Positions 1 to 14,960 are shown, counted from the whole stretch's first letter. The stretch is 63,999 nt of DNA, filler included, from Perkinsus olseni (GCA_013115125.1; 16 parts of 16 records of this genome joined end to end with filler, not necessarily neighbours in it); one strand, 5' to 3'. The notes: generated from the letters alone by a model not told the origin. Made by a program: numbers and translations.

Positions 1-440
1 CAACTGTTTTGTCTCCGACTATGATCGTCACCAATGGGTTGCCGTTTCTCTGCTAAGTCACACCCCGAAGACGCCATGGCTGATGCAGCGAGTGTAGTAC
101 GGGAAGGAGCAGCAACGGGATCTATAGCAGGCATCGTAGTGAATAGCGAATGTCCATCAGTCGGTCTATCAAGGCAGGGCCAAGGTCTTTGAGTAGTACC
201 TCCTGCCCGTTGGAATACGGCATGAGACCATGGATTCCTAGGTCGTATTATATTTTAAAGTTCATTATTCAATAATACCAGCTTCTCGGGGTTTCTAGCC
301 GCTCTGACGGATACTCGACGGAAATTTTATATTACTTTATGCAACAATACCACCGCAAGACTTTGTGGGTCTCCAAACATTATCGTTAATTATGTATGTA
401 AAACTTTTCAATATCGGGCGTGTTACAGCAGAAGTGAATC

Positions 441-893
441 CTAGGAAAGGTTAGATTTGAGACCAAGCGCTCTCGCAAAATCGAGCACAATTGTGCCTCG
501 TGTTACATGGTCTCGTTGTTGAGAATGTGTGCATAGGGCTGACCCGTTGAGTAAAGTTGGTAAAGTTGTGGTATTAGATACTGCCGCGTCCGCCGGCGGA
601 GCATGGGAAATTGGGTAAGCTGCAAGCGGAGCGGATCCGTCGCAGTTCTGCATGTCTCTGTTTTTCCCCGCAGATCCACGTCACTCCTTGACGAGCCTCG
701 GCTCTATGCGAAATCTGACTCGGCGGGTAGGGTTACGGGTTTTCTGAAGAACTAAGTGCTTGCCTCCTTGGGATCTCGACGGCCTGGCTTCTCGAAGGAT
801 CCGAGGTTTCGTGGAATCCTGTGGGGCGCTATGGGAGTAGTTCTCCGAGTTTTTGGTGAGACCTTCGTAGCTGCCGGAAGTGAGAATTGACAT
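441..893 (-). CDS. Possible spliced hypothetical gene divergent from the kinase
   Basis: Successive minus-strand ORF segments (MSILTSGSYEGL...; MQNCDGSAPL...) separated by intron-like gaps; no recognisable domain. Confidence 0.25.
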
Positions 894-1071
894 CACTCGT
901 GGGCTTGCATCTCGGAAACTCGATGGTGACTAAAGCTTCCATTTTCTAATGTGGTCAAATCTTTTGGGTGTGTTTCTCGTATTACTCGGCTATATCCGTA
1001 TCTTGCAAGGTTGAACCTTAGATACCCGTTCAATAAGTGTTCGGTTATGCTTGCTTCAGTTGAGCTCGATC

Positions 1072-3991
<2,920 letters not shown>

Positions 3992-4055
3992 GTAATGAGG
4001 GATTGTTGTGCTATGGGGTTGGCTTCCCTCTTGCCGCTCTCAATTCTCCTCTTCT

Positions 4056-4155
4056 NNNNNNNNNNNNNNNNNNNNNNNNNNNNNNNNNNNNNNNNNNNNT
4101 TAATTAATTAANNNNNNNNNNNNNNNNNNNNNNNNNNNNNNNNNNNNNNNNNNNN
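4056..4155. other. Artificial scaffold linker (44N-TTAATTAATTAA-44N); same linker at 8186, 12312, 16409, 20505, 24589, 28668, 32727, 36783, 40838, 44881, 48915, 52935, 56954, 60967
   Basis: 15 identical 100-bp spacers with stops in all six frames; intervening lengths fall monotonically 4030, 4026, 3997 ... 3913 bp. Confidence 0.99.
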
Positions 4156-4873
4156 CTAGCTCAGCGTAACACAATCAAATGGAGACAGTATCCGTAGACA
4201 GGATCGCACAATTGGAGACATAACACTACTACATCATCGTTGGCATTGTTGGTATGCAATGCATACTATGCATCCCGAGTTGTGTTATTAGTGGTTATCG
4301 CAATACGAGAAGTACTTCAGTATCTTCGAAAACTCCCAAATTGAGTGACCTTGCTCGTGAGCTTTGCCTTCCGTGTTCGTGTCCCACGGTCGACTTCCGA
4401 TGAGCTTCGGCGTTCGCTTATCAGATAAAGTGCCGCTCAAGACTCACGGAGCCGAGTGATCGGACTGAAGTTTAGTCAGTAAACCACTTTGAACACGACC
4501 GGACCACTTTTACCGACACGCTTTGTCGGTATTTTTCCAACAGGAAAACTACCTAGCTAAGTTTGCAGAACTTAAATATTTGCATACCAAACGGAGTAAG
4601 GCTCGATCTGAGCTAACCGTTCGTAGTGGAGTCACGAGGGCGTGATGTTCAGACTAAGCGTGTCGCTGCCAGCGTTACGCTGGAAACGACGAATCTTCGG
4701 AAATGTCTCTGAACTAAATAAGAAGTGGTGTTATTGTGCGTCATTGCTAACACCATGACACCAGTCGGTGACTGTTATTTGTACAAGAGTTTGGCTTTCT
4801 ACGCTCATTCTTGTTTGACTTGAACAGCTTGATCCCCTGCTCACTTAGGCCGCGTGAAAGAGTGCACCAAGGA

Positions 4874-5611
4874 CTCACTGAGTACTAGGGAGTCCTAGTA
4901 TTCAGTGAGCCCTGACTCCCTGAATTCGGTGTTTAAGACTTATTCGGCTTAATAGGTTCGGCTGCCTTCGTGTATTTACAACCCCATAAGGCCACGAAGA
5001 AGTCAGAGCACCTCCCCCCAAGGCCCAGAGGTGTGCTGAAGATATTTCAGCACACCTCTGGAGATTTCGCAGTGAAGAAAAGGCCGTATGAGCGGAAAGA
5101 TTAGAGGAGTCTCTGTAGTGCGTGAGACGGAGGCTCAGCCGCTGAGCTTCGGAATGGATATGGTCTTATGCGTTTCGACCGATCGATTGAGATTCTCAAT
5201 TTGAGAAGAATGGACCTGTGAACATCCAGTGCTTCAGTCGCGGAGCCCTCCTGTCAGGAGGCTCCTGAGGTTACCACTACAGAATACGGATATTGAGATT
5301 ATCTCAATGAGATAGGAGCTTCGCAGCTGCTCCGTGAGTCTTGCAGTATGGGATCCATACTATGGATCATTCGATGGGCCCCATCGACCATCGGCCCATC
5401 GGGCCCATTCGTCCTGCCGCAGGACGGATTTTACTGTAGGCTAGTGTCACTGCGTAGGTCTTCTTGACTAAGCCGAAGATTTCTGTGTGCAAGAAGGATC
5501 CGAGTGATCAAGCAAAACACATTAAGAGTCTCAATTCAAGACTCGTTTTGGGTCCCAAGGTACGTACCACCTACTACGTACCCGGCTCCATATGATTGTA
5601 GAGTCTACAAT
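4874..5611. repeat. Dense cluster of short inverted repeats/hairpins
   Basis: 16-bp stems at 4874-4889/4894-4909 (one G-T) and 5025-5040/5046-5061 (perfect); palindromes at 5292-5308, 5410-5426, 5595-5611. Confidence 0.85.
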
Positions 5612-6156
5612 GTAGACCAGAGTCATCCTGCTATCAGGACGGGCATGAACTCTCCGAGCTCCCGAAATTTGAGAGATCTATCTGGGCCCGTTGTATTTGC
5701 TCCGTATTGAAGTACTTATTCCAGGGGTAGCGAAAATTCGTTAAAGTTAGTCGAGCTGTCAGCTCATCAGGATGGGGACAAGAGTACAGATGGTAAGTAC
5801 CTAGTACGTGCCACGTGCACTGCTATCACGCGCATTCAATAAGGCACCAATAAACCGTCTGAGATGGTCCGGCTCTCCTCGTGAGCCAACTTGGTCGTTC
5901 TGTTCAGCAGACAAGCTTCATGCTTCGGGCAAAGATTGCATCTCGCGCAACTGATTCACTTAAACTCAGCTCAGTGAACTGAATCCGGGAGTCAATGAAT
6001 GGCATAAGGATTGCGCATTCTACTGTCACTAGGCCGAACGCAAAGGTCAATCTCGAGATACCTCAAGCGCGATATGATACCGACCAACTTGACGAACACT
6101 TCGTCTGGCGAATAGAGAGTGAAGTCAGAAACTGGTCGACACATTCGCGATTCAAT
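5504..6156 (+). CDS. Possible multi-exon hypothetical gene fragment
   Basis: Short open segments bounded by AG/GT (IKQNTLRVSIQDSFWVPR; GSENSLKLVELSAHQDGDKSTD; PNAKVNLEIPQARYDTDQLDEHFVWRIESE); no domain recognised. Confidence 0.3.
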
Positions 6157-6590
6157 GTGAGCAACGTTTGAAAACAAATTCCAGCGATGAACATCAGCTA
6201 TAACATCGCTAGCAGAGAAAAGTTGAACTGCGTGATGTTGAAAGTTGCCCCTCCGTGATACCTCTGCTGATGTGAAACTTGACTGCGCCTTCCATCTCCG
6301 CTTGAGAACAAAGTAGAAAGAGACTCCACACGAGCTCCTGCTGAGCAGAATCTGCTCCTAGAGTGGAGTAATCGGGTGAGAAAAAACGAAATGACTCAGC
6401 TGGGATGAGATTGATAATATCGTAATGAATGATATATGGTACGGACTAAAGAGTTGTTGATCGAATCGAATACTCGCCTTTTTACCAAGAGATGCCCGGG
6501 GCTCGCATACGGAGGGATGCTAAGCTGAGCATGGTCTGGTACATGAAGACTCGACCTCTCTCCTGTAGAGTTGCTGTAGTAGCAGCTGTG

Positions 6591-7241
6591 CTACTGCTCA
6601 AACATGCAGCCGAACCCCTGGGACCCATATGACCCGAAATCTTCGCAGACACCAGAGGCCGGGCAGTCCTGAGAATACGTGGAACTGGGCAGCGGTGGGA
6701 GAGCTACGATTGACTCACCTCGTCATACTCGCATTTAATAAAGCAGTATCCGAAGAGACACTCTGCCGCCCCGCGGGGTGGCTTAGGGCACCCGCTTCCG
6801 CACGACTGTGTGCACACGACCGACACAACCGTGCCACCGCTCTGAGTTGGACGGACCAATGGCTTGAGAAGATCGAGCATGTTGCTGCACTCACTGTGAT
6901 AGCGACAGCCTGGTCAGTGATGCAAGAACATCCCAGTATGTCAGAACCTTTCACGTAACATTTTCCTCCCGTCGGCTTCTCGTAGGTATTCCCTCCTGAG
7001 TCACAGAAATGCTGGATAAATCGTCTTCGAGCATCTGCCTACCCTTAGTGAGCTCCGCTGAACTTGCATTCACGGACACCATACTGAGCTGAGGTTTGCT
7101 TCCCCTGAACAGGACACTAAAATGTTATTCGGAAAAGGCGATAGATTTCGCTTACAAATATCCATCGGAAGACTCGATCTTGATGTCAAGGATTGCGCCA
7201 CAAAGGCCAATGAGGCTCATAATCTGGGCGATGATGTACAT
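6591..7241 (-). CDS. Small secreted cysteine-rich protein, 5 exons, ~150-160 aa
   Basis: GT-AG splicing keeps frame: MYIIAQIMSLIGLCGA (signal-like)...GNTYEKPTGGKCYVKGSDILGCSCITDQAVAIT...VCTQSCGSGCPKPPRGAAECLFGYCFIKCEYDEDCPASGVCEDFGSYGSQGFGCMFEQ*. Confidence 0.82.
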
Positions 7242-8318
7242 GAATGGGATGCTTCGTGGTAGCGTCGTGGCTGCTTGAATCAACTTTTGGAATGCTGTGG
7301 TTAGCTTAGCTCTCAGTCTGCACGCCGAGATGTCCCGTCTCGGCTGTCCCTCCTCTTGGGCAACGTATCATGCTGAGAGAGGTAGAGTGCTCCTGTCACA
7401 ATGCCGCTAGTGTGTGGTCAAAATTGAACAACACTATTAAGCCTCATGAGTCATGAGTCATGACCCTCTCCTGACTCTTGGCTCATATGAGGATGACAGC
7501 GTTCTCTCCGCGTATGATATCGTCGGGTTGGTAGAGCTAGGTGATGACGAAAATGAGGACACGCAGTGCATGCGCACTTGCCATGCGAACGTGTATTCTC
7601 ATTCGAGAGTGAACTTCCTTCGAGCGAACTACCGACTGCAGCCGCGACCATGTTCGCCTCATAGAGACGCTAAAGGTTCTGAATAGCATCCTCCATGTCG
7701 TAGGTGTCGCACGACTCTCACGCCACGATGGCTACTAGCTTAGCTGATTCGTCGAACTGTGCGGTCACGGAAGCTAGGAACTGACTTCGCTGCTGCCCCT
7801 CAATAGCCTCAGCTGTCCCAGGAACAATGGTCCGTGGAGAATCGACTTGCGGAACACCTGATCTCCCTACCTACGTATGCGCGTGGAAACTTACGCCGGC
7901 TTAACTCTGCATTGCAGGGTCTGCAACTACCGTTGATGATGTCGTAAGAAGTGGAAACTCAAGAAAGCTGATTGGGATTTATTTCGGGAGAGATTGAGGG
8001 TATATTGTGTTGATTCGATGAAGGATGGCGGTCGATATCAAAATGCACAGGAGTTGTATAACTTGCTGGAATCCAACATTAAATCTGCCTTAACTGAGGC
8101 GGTGCCGAGGACAACTACACCATTTCCAGACCTACTTAGTAAAACCCCAGAGCAATTTAATAAAGCCCAGAGCAAATTAGTAAAANNNNNNNNNNNNNNN
8201 NNNNNNNNNNNNNNNNNNNNNNNNNNNNNTTAATTAATTAANNNNNNNNNNNNNNNNNNNNNNNNNNNNNNNNNNNNNNNNNNNNCCCAGGCTCGCTGAT
8301 GTGTCGCTTGCGCGACAG

Positions 8319-11300
8319 TTTATGGTTTTTGGCAAACCCGGCGCCTTACCACCAAGCAGAAGGTCCAACTGGTGAAGGAGACTTTAGCGAATATGAAAAC
8401 TCCGTGGCATGCCCTTGTCGGGCTGGCCCATGGTGATCTGAACGGTGCCAATATTATCATTGATGCCATGGACGCCGTATGGCTTATCGACTTCGCCACT
8501 TCCGAGAAGCTCCCACTTTGTACCGACCTCGCCAAGATGGAAGTCTGTATGTTTCTAGAGTATGCCTGCATTCCCATAGCAGTCAGCATGCTTCTCAGCT
8601 CGCTGCAGGCCTGCGGTCCTCCCCAGGAGCACGCCAAGTTGATGTCCGATTGGCTCCGAATTGATCCGGAGTTGGCAGAGCGGCTATACCCCCGCCTTTG
8701 TTCATTACGCGGGTCTGAAATCGCGCTGCATTCGGCTATAGATGCTGCTTGTAAGGACGGCTTCGAGGACAAGGCACCGGTGTTGAAGGGACGGCTGACG
8801 ACTGACGCCAAGGTCACCATCGATACAGTACGGCAAGCTTTGCAGTATGTGGATAGAAACTTGGTCAGCACGGGACCTCGGCATGATGGTTTGGACTCCG
8901 CTTTGGATTGCGAGCCCAAGCGGACCATTTCATCGGCCTCGACTGTGAAGTCGTCGGATATCGCTCCTCCTGGGATGCCTTTGAAGCAAGTGTCTATGCC
9001 GGCGACATGTTTGAGGCCGGATACTGGCTATCAGATTCCCCCGAGTCGAGAGACTACCAACTCTAGCTACGTGTCGGCGGCGAGTGACAGTCAGCATGAG
9101 CCGAGAGTGTCACATGACACTAGTCGAGCGAGTAGTGGCTGCCGTTCAATCAATAGGCTTAGCCGATACTCGAGCTCGAATTCACGACGTGTCGGTAGTG
9201 ACTCGCCATGGGCATCTAGAGTACCCGTATGTAGGGGTGGCCGAGGGCTAAGTTATGTGATGACCAACATCAGGCGTATGCGTCGTCTCTTCAAGGAGGG
9301 ATTTCGCTCTAGCCTGAAGTATATGCTGCACAAGCGGTTACTACAGCAGCTTGGAGGACTCAGCTCCGTTGATCTGGACTGTTTGCAGCTCTGGTTGCCG
9401 CTGCTTCGGGAGACATCTCGCATTATAGGCTACCGGGACGTTCCTCCGTGGATGAAGCTGATCGCCGTTCACTACATCGACATGCTTTGCGACAAGATCC
9501 TGCTCGCGCTGGGTGGATCCTTAACTGAAGAATGCTCCGTTAATCTGATTAATTGGATCAATGCCGCCCCGAGCTACTCTCTGAGACTGCCTCTTGTATG
9601 TCGGACAAACAATCAGGTGTCGGAGGAGTTCATGGACATTGTCGACGGCGGTGAGGAGTTGGCACCTCTCTCTCTAGAGGATATCACAGGTGATCCGGCA
9701 TCGCCAGAGAGTCGGCTCCGGGCTGGATCTTTGCTGAGTTCCGCTGAGTTCGAAGAAGAAGCGGTGCGATATAGAGCCATGATGAAGTCTCAGTATGCCT
9801 ATGAGGTTGACTCTATCAGTGGTCATCAGATGGACGTGATGCAGGCCTGTGCGAACTTCCGTTTGGTGCCGTGGAGGGACGGTGCTGGTCATAATGCTAT
9901 GTTCGACATAGAGCAGTGCATTCGTCGGGTAGACGATCGCCCCAACGGCAAGTGCTTTGCACGGCAGTTCTTAGTTTCCGGCCCGCCAGGGTCAGGAAAG
10001 AGCTGCCTGCTCAGAAGGCTGGTTATCTACTGTCTGAATAGCCAGAATGATCTCTTGCCCTTGGTCATCCCGGTTAGAGAGCTGGCCAAGCACCATGTCC
10101 TGATGAGCCAGCATGTTGACGAGCGTTTGAGCACCTCGTCCTCTTCGAGTGCTGCCGCTGGTGATACCTCCTGTTGCCTGTCTGAGAGTGAAAGCGACGG
10201 TCCGGACCCAGAGACGCTTCTAGAGGCTTGGATGAGATCCCGGCTTGGTGATGAGTCCAGCCGTTTGTACTTGATTCGCATGATGCTCGCTAGTGGCCGG
10301 TTGTTGATTCTCATGGATGGTCTGGAAGAGGCCGGCTCTGCCAAGGAGACAATTGAGAGTCTCCTAGCGTTACTCGCTGTCAACAAGCATCGTGTCGTCT
10401 GCACAGTGAGGGAGGGCTACCTCAGTGACCGCTCGCGGAAACGTCTCACGGCAGCAGGCTTTGAAGGGTCAAGTCTGTCTCTACTGGATGCTGACCAACG
10501 CCGGTTCGTGGCAACGGCGCGGTTGGGTCAGGCTAGCGCTGAGAAGTTCGAAGACTTTCTGAATGAGTTTCAGGAGAAAGTTGCTAGTTCTCCCGAGGGT
10601 GTTGAATTTATCAACACCCCAGCTTGTCTGAATATGCTGCTATGTTATTGGGAGCAGAAGCATCCTATCCGTACCGATGACAGGAGGGGGAGTATCGCTT
10701 CTCTGCGGAGAGACCGCTCGTCCGGTCGGGGATCTAATATCAACTTCAGTAATGTAGGGAGGCTAGAGTCTCAGGCTATCGACGAGGAAGACTCCCCGAA
10801 CCCGATGCCACCCCAGGCTCCGCCAATGCTCACGTCATCGCCAAGCCGGATGATCAGTGGACTGTCTACGCCGACGGATGACGGTTCACCGGGCGACGGC
10901 GATAGCCTGTCCATCTCTGATGTTTACCGGGTTTCCTTGTCAGTATTGCTGCAGAGAGTCGTCATGAAGCACCAGGCCGACCGTGCCAAGGTGAAGGACA
11001 CTGTTTTCCGGTACAAAACTCTTCTAGAGACGATCGCCTTCTTCATGATGGTTGAGCGGAAGACCCATTTCTCGGAAAATGATGTCAAAAGATGGGGCCT
11101 CGTCGACACTGAGTCCAACTTGGCGGCCTGGAAGAGTCTTTCACTCTCGATTTCTAGAGGGCGACTCCCACTACTGGCAAGCTTGACGGGTTCCAAGGAA
11201 GTCTCCAAGCTCTATCGGTTTGTGTTCGCCTCATTCCAGGATTTCCTGGCGAGTGAGGCGTTGACGAGGGACCTTCGAAGCGAAGATGAACTGCCTTCGC

Positions 11301-12240
11301 TAGAAGAGTTGTTAGGGTCCGGCCCGGATGGCGACGATTGGTGGAACACCTTCTTGAACATGGTCGTTGAGAGAAGTCCGTCGAAGTTCAAGAAGCTTTT
11401 CGAGAGTCGGTCTTGTAGTTGGAAGCCCAGTGAGCATAACGGTGACACGCCTCTACACGCAGCTGCGCGGAATAGACGCCTGGTCATCTTTGCGGCCTTG
11501 CCGAAGATGAGCGAGTGTGTACGGAGGAACATGAATGTCTACAACAACGAAGGGCTGCTGCCTTTACACGTAGCGGCCAAGGCGGGCAATGCCATGGCGT
11601 GTGAAGCTATGCTCTCTGGAGGCTATGCCGACCTTTGGGCTCAGGCCAAGTACTCGGGCTGGGTACCCCTACATTTTGCTGCCGCTAACCACCAGAAGGC
11701 CGTCATCGACGTTCTCCTTGAGGCGGCCAGGAAGGAAGGTGAATGGAGTCGAGAAGGACGACGGGTAGCTCTGCCGAAGCTGCACGACTGTGGCCGTCAG
11801 TTAGCTATGGACATCCTCTCTAAGGACTGTTCACTGACAGATGAAGAATTCGTTCTCAGAGCGAAGAAAACCTTCCCTGAACTCTCCTACTTCCGAGGGC
11901 GGAGCGACACCACTCCTGATCAGAGCGCTGCTGTTGCCCTTGACCCAGCTGAGATCGAGTTCCGACGTACTATGGGTGCGCTACTGTCGGTCTTCTGGGT
12001 ATGCGCTGATCGGTACGATGACTTCGTGCGGAATCAGCCACCGAACAACAGGCTCTCGAGGGAGAACTGGAATCACATTCAGAGGTGGGCTAAGAATGTA
12101 ATGAAGCTGACCGATCCCAATGAGCCTGATGCTGTTGACGCAATGCTGTGCTTCATGTCGATGCACGACTTGGGTAAGATGAAGGACTTCAGGGAGGAAC
12201 TGGCTCCAGGGTATCAGGACCACGACGCTGGTCTGTCACT
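8319..12240 (+). CDS. NLR-like STAND protein: APH/ELK-type kinase-like segment + NACHT NTPase + 3 ankyrin repeats + HD-like domain; one ~3.9-kb exon, partial at both ends
   Basis: 1290-aa ORF; HGDLNGAN (8429) and LIDFA (~8483); Walker A GPPGSGKS (9980-10003); Walker B LLILMDGLEE (10301-10330); VCTVR sensor-1; YRFVFASFQDFLA WHD-like motif (11213); GDTPLHAAA, GLLPLHVAA, GWVPLHFAA; MHDLGK (~12161). AG acceptor at 8317-8318, GT donor at 12241. Confidence 0.88.
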
Positions 12241-13149
12241 GTAATGATTTTGTTGATTTTGATCTGGTTATGGTCACGTATTCCAGTGAGCCGATTATAT
12301 TATGATACGATNNNNNNNNNNNNNNNNNNNNNNNNNNNNNNNNNNNNNNNNNNNNTTAATTAATTAANNNNNNNNNNNNNNNNNNNNNNNNNNNNNNNNN
12401 NNNNNNNNNNNACTGAACAGAAAAAGGCTTCGGTCAGTCCTGGGATTGATCCCGAGTCCCGGGATCGATTTACTGAACAGCCCGAGCGTATTTATGGGAA
12501 GTTCTATAAACAGTCCGCACGCCATTGGAACTTCCTACGAATGTCTCTGAAACTCAAGTCCGGTGACTGAGCTTCCGAAATGTTAAGTTGGCTTCTGCCG
12601 TGACGATCGAACACCGCAAAAATTAGTGAGACTCCATTAGCGGGAGTCGGGAGCAAGACTCTCCGGGTGCGGTGTACAGCAGAAATTTTGTTACTTAACG
12701 CTTCACGCGGCACCAGCCATGAGACTCTCATGATGAGAGTCAGCGCAACTTGCAGAGCGCCAGTTCATCAGTCGGGCAACCCGAGTTTAAGTCCTGGTGG
12801 AGCCCCATTGAAGGGCCGCACACAGAGTAACGTGAAAATCTCGAAGTGCAGCAGCGCTGGACAGATGATGTGGGGGGCTAATGACCCTGGGGAGGGGAAC
12901 GATTACTTGACGGAGAACGCCATCGGCCGTAATGGCTATACGGTATAGCATAGTGAGCATGTTATCAACGTGATTGTAGCGGATTCTCTCCCAGTATAGC
13001 CTACGGCTACCGTGGTAGTCGCTACAGGCTCTATGCACCCCCCTTTAGCGAGTCTAGTGGCTTACTTCGTTAGCCCGGCTACCTTACTAAGGCAAGCTTA
13101 GCCGCTGGAACTCCCAGCCCCTTCCAGCCTGGAAGGCGCGGGGATGTCT

Positions 13150-14960
13150 CAGGAGTCCACCAGGGTGATGATTCCCGAATCAGATTCCCGTTAACTTGAT
13201 CTCTCGTACGCCTCTCGTAATCATTCCATAACTTTTTCATCTGATTCGATACTTTTAGATCATTCGAAGCTGAGCTGGACCTCAGGAGCTTGCGGATGGC
13301 GTACCATCATGACGCACGGCCCTTCCTCGGCTTATTTTCGGACTGGTCAGATCGTGCTGCTAAAAGTTACTCGGCGAGCTGTGGACAGAACTATTTGAAG
13401 CAGTGAATTAGGAAGAGTTTTCGAATTGTTAGCTGTGCCAGCGCCGAGTAGCTCATTGACTTCATATCATAACACAGCTTCCCAGCTAAAGATAACCCAT
13501 CATTGATGTGAATAGTGAATCACTCATGCTCGTGTTATAAAGATCGCGCTCGGATGAATCAACGTGTGTACCTGATCCGTCCGCGATTCGGACCTCGAAA
13601 ACACTTCGAACAGCTCGTAGTAGTAATAGAGAACTCATGCTTGGTCCACTGGAGGTTCACCGGCAAAACGTGTAAAAACGGTTTTGCGCGGCACTTGTAA
13701 CTCGAAGCAGGCCATGTGTTGCCTCGTCGTAGAGCTTTGCGTTGTAACGGTGAAAAGGCATTTCGCACTCCGGTCAAGAAGACTGATCAATCGGCTGAAT
13801 TCCGCGTTAGTAACGCGGCGTTACGGATGGTCGGGAAATTCACTCATGCTGGCTTCCGCTACGAGTTTTTATAACGGAGCGACGCCCCAGGAGCATCGCG
13901 ACGTCTGCCATCACGTGTGCCTACCGCAGGGTCTCCGCTCTTCTCCCCGTCAACTGAGATCTTCCTTTTGAACTTTTCACGTGAGCCGTGAGTGTGTTCT
14001 CCAGAACTCACCACTGGGAAGCGGGAAACTGAACCTGAAATGAAATGATGGCCTTTCTTATCGAGTCCTTGGCCATCGAAGCATTTGTGGCGATTAAAGT
14101 GACGCAGTCGAAAAAACGTGAAACATCTGAGTTTTCTCGGTGAATCACCGACGGTGATGTTTCATAAGGGGTGAGACCGCGGATACAACTTGACGTTGAC
14201 TGTTGCATGATGCTCCCACCTGTTGTTCCGTAGTTCTTCCCTCCAGCGAAATACTTGTATCGTGGCCAGACATATCCACCAAACTGAGCTTGGTTCCCAC
14301 AAGCCACCGCCCGCTGCCTTCCACAGCCATAGGCTTTCACGGCCTGAGCTCGAAGCTTGACTAAGTCAAGTTGACTTGGAAAAGACGAAAACAAGACGTC
14401 TTTTCATGTGGAAGAACCGAATGTAGGCTTTGTTTTGTCCATGGTGGGCTCAAGTTACAGGATGCAGGGTGGCCCAAAACTGGGAAGAATGGATCATTCT
14501 TCCTCTTCCCGGGAATTCCCGGGAATATAGCCGGGAAGAAAGATTGCATTCTCCCCCATTAAAGCAAGCCCCCCGAATTTTTTTCGCGCGCATATCCGCC
14601 TTTCCTGGCTGCTCCGTCAAGCGGAAACATCGAAATGAAGCACCTAAATACCCAGAAAGAATCACGACTATTCTTCCAGGGAATATTGAGTATTCTTTCT
14701 TCCCGGGAATTCCCGGAATTCCCGATAAGAAAGAATAGCATTCTTTCCCGCTGGGCCATCCTGACAGGATGGACAGTCCGGAGAAAGCTTTTCCGGGAAA
14801 CAACAATAAAATTTGTCAATTGTTTCGGGTGATAAGAAGATTTTTTTCACTAGCAAATCGAGAGATTTACCTCTTTCAAGACGCTGTCATAACTAAGATC
14901 TCTCTCCATCCTCCGCACGTACTCCTCTTTACGACCACGGAGTTCATCCGATGTGGAAAG
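13150..14960 (-). mobile_element. Highly decayed Penelope-like (RT + GIY-YIG) retroelement relic
   Basis: Degenerate motifs in the expected order, broken by stops/frameshifts: KEEYVRRMERDLSYD (~14900), YKYFAGGKNYGTTGGSIM (~14230), SRFFDCVTLI (~14110, RYxDD-like), NAEFSRL (~13800), HPQAPEVQLSFE...LREAYE...DSG (~13180-13300). Confidence 0.4.
14465..14763. mobile_element. 299-bp non-autonomous hAT-type MITE
   Basis: TIR CAGGGTGGCCCA (14465-14476) / TGGGCCATCCTG (14752-14763), 11/12 match; perfect 8-bp TSD ACAGGATG at 14457-14464 and 14764-14771; subterminal TTCCCGGGAA repeats at both ends. Confidence 0.93.

Noticed and set aside
4100-4111. TTAATTAATTAA recurring every ~4 kb and ORFs ending in X...LIN
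   Set aside because: Synthetic six-frame-stop linker
7717-7735. Minus-strand GTAGCCATCGTGGCGTGAG resembling the Perkinsus/dinoflagellate spliced leader (15/19 to the sequence as I recall it)
   Set aside because: Partial match, ~480 nt from the nearest start, and that gene retains introns; compatible with chance
8320-12223. Antisense and alternate-frame ORFs within the NLR-like gene
   Set aside because: Shadow ORFs of a long coding exon with no motifs
12700-12780. Possible hammerhead ribozyme (CTGATGA on minus strand) near the Penelope-like relic
   Set aside because: No GAAA after a stem II; catalytic core cannot be completed
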